Below, one piece after another: positions 62,521 to 63,681 of a stretch of DNA of 63,681 nt; the stretch's first letter is position 1; each line of letters begins with the position of its first letter. The stretch lies in NCBI RefSeq assembly GCF_004010195.1, contig NC_057718.1, positions 65,969,089 to 66,032,769 on the forward strand. Direction: 5' to 3'. Below the pieces are notes generated by a model. The model saw only the letters and a program-made list of their open reading frames with translations, did no database searches and was not told where the DNA came from. The stretch is from Chiloscyllium plagiosum (Eukaryota). Made by a program: the position numbers and the translations under genes.

Positions 62521-63484
62521 CGTTGTAGTTGTATAGTTATATATATGAACAACATTGTACGGTGTCTTTCAGTCTGAAAAATCTGCCTTTTACCATGGCT
62601 GCTTTTCTGTCCTTCTACCTTGCCCAAGTTGACGCTTGCTGTCCCCTTCTATGAGCTGTGTTGTTGACTAGTCCTTTTTGTAGTAAATAGAAATATGCTG
62701 ATGAAAAGATTTAATTTCAGTGCTTTGTTCCTGACTTACAAAGTACAATAAGTGGAAAAGTATAATATTTTGAACAAGAGGCATTGGAGCCAAGTGCTTG
62801 TTTGTTGTGTTTCCCATCAACTACGTGCCATGGGTTTTTCTGAGTATCATTTTTGGTAACCTCATTTCTCAGTACATCATGATTTTCAGGGATGTTTTGC
62901 TGGCTATAAGCAAGAGAAGGCATATAGGGGCTATGACAATGTCTTGCACCCCTACTATGGTAGTAAACTTTAATTTGGATGCTTTGCATTTCTGCCCCTT
63001 GCAGTCCACATTCATCAGTTCTATTTTTTATAAGAATGAGTGTTGTGAGATTGGAAATTGTTTGGAAAATTGGATATTGGGTTGTTAGAAATGATACAGT
63101 TTTGATGTGTTGGTGTTAATTTTCCAAAACTTATTAGATTTGGGGAAGATTCCTTGAGGAAAAAAGTTTGCAACCAGACAATAAACGATGTTCCACACAA
63201 CTTTAAATGGGGAGGCTGCTTTGTCTGATATATGGTGAAACTACCAATTCCTGGGAGGTTATTGTTAACAGTACAAGATAAGTTTTGAATTGATTCTTCT
63301 GTATAAAGATTTTGTGCTCAGTTAGCTTGTGTTCCTGAAACGTAAAAGAATTGTGTGAGAACTTGAAATATATTTGCTACTTGCTAATTGAACAGGAACT
63401 GTCAAGAATAATAAATATAAGCAAATTTTGAGGGGTTGATATAATATCTGTATGTATTGATATGGGAGGGATAATTTTATGAAA

Positions 63485-63681
63485 CTATTGCCATAATTCT
63501 TGTCTTCTATCGATTGTTTGAAAAGCCCATCTGGTTCACTAATCTCTATTGTAAAGGATTTCTGCCGTCCTTCTGGTTTAACTGTGACTACAGACTTATA
63601 GCAATGTGGTTGTCTCTTAACTGCCCTCTGAGCGTTAGGGATGGGCAATAAATCCTGGCCAAACCAGTGACGCCCACATCT
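63485..63681 (+). mobile_element. 3' part of a second SINE family sharing its tail with the CR1/L2-group LINE
   Basis: cccatctggttcactaat...gcaatgtggttgtctcttaactgccctctg...ggatgggcaataaat. Related copies at about 6820-7060 (+) and 3075-3280 (-). Confidence 0.65.

Overview
Eukaryotic (vertebrate) genomic DNA, not prokaryotic. The repeat content (HE1-type V-SINEs, CR1/HER1-like LINEs, a DeuSINE and Penelope-like elements) points to a cartilaginous fish, probably a shark. The only host gene I can support is the + strand SCAF8 orthologue (RNA Pol II CTD-binding anti-terminator). Six phase-compatible GT-AG internal coding exons (9582-9626, 30433-30594, 38902-39061, 55061-55197, 56380-56553, 61572-61651) encode most of the CID domain and the following Q/A-rich linker. 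The first exons and the RRM/RS exons lie outside the window. Almost all other listed ORFs are transposon debris or chance frames. There are two N gaps (22934-23255, 47079-47625). The most interesting non-gene signal is a dense set of Penelope-like-element termini carrying minimal type I hammerhead ribozyme motifs in three sequence families with covarying stems. Many occur as short protein-free fold-back (hairpin) insertions with 8-15 bp target-site duplications. One has inserted precisely into another element's ribozyme. Intact catalytic cores are mostly antisense to SCAF8. A textbook-looking intronic polyadenylation signal just after the second exon in the window is a second lead. Repeat boundaries are approximate and were read by eye; no database searches were run.
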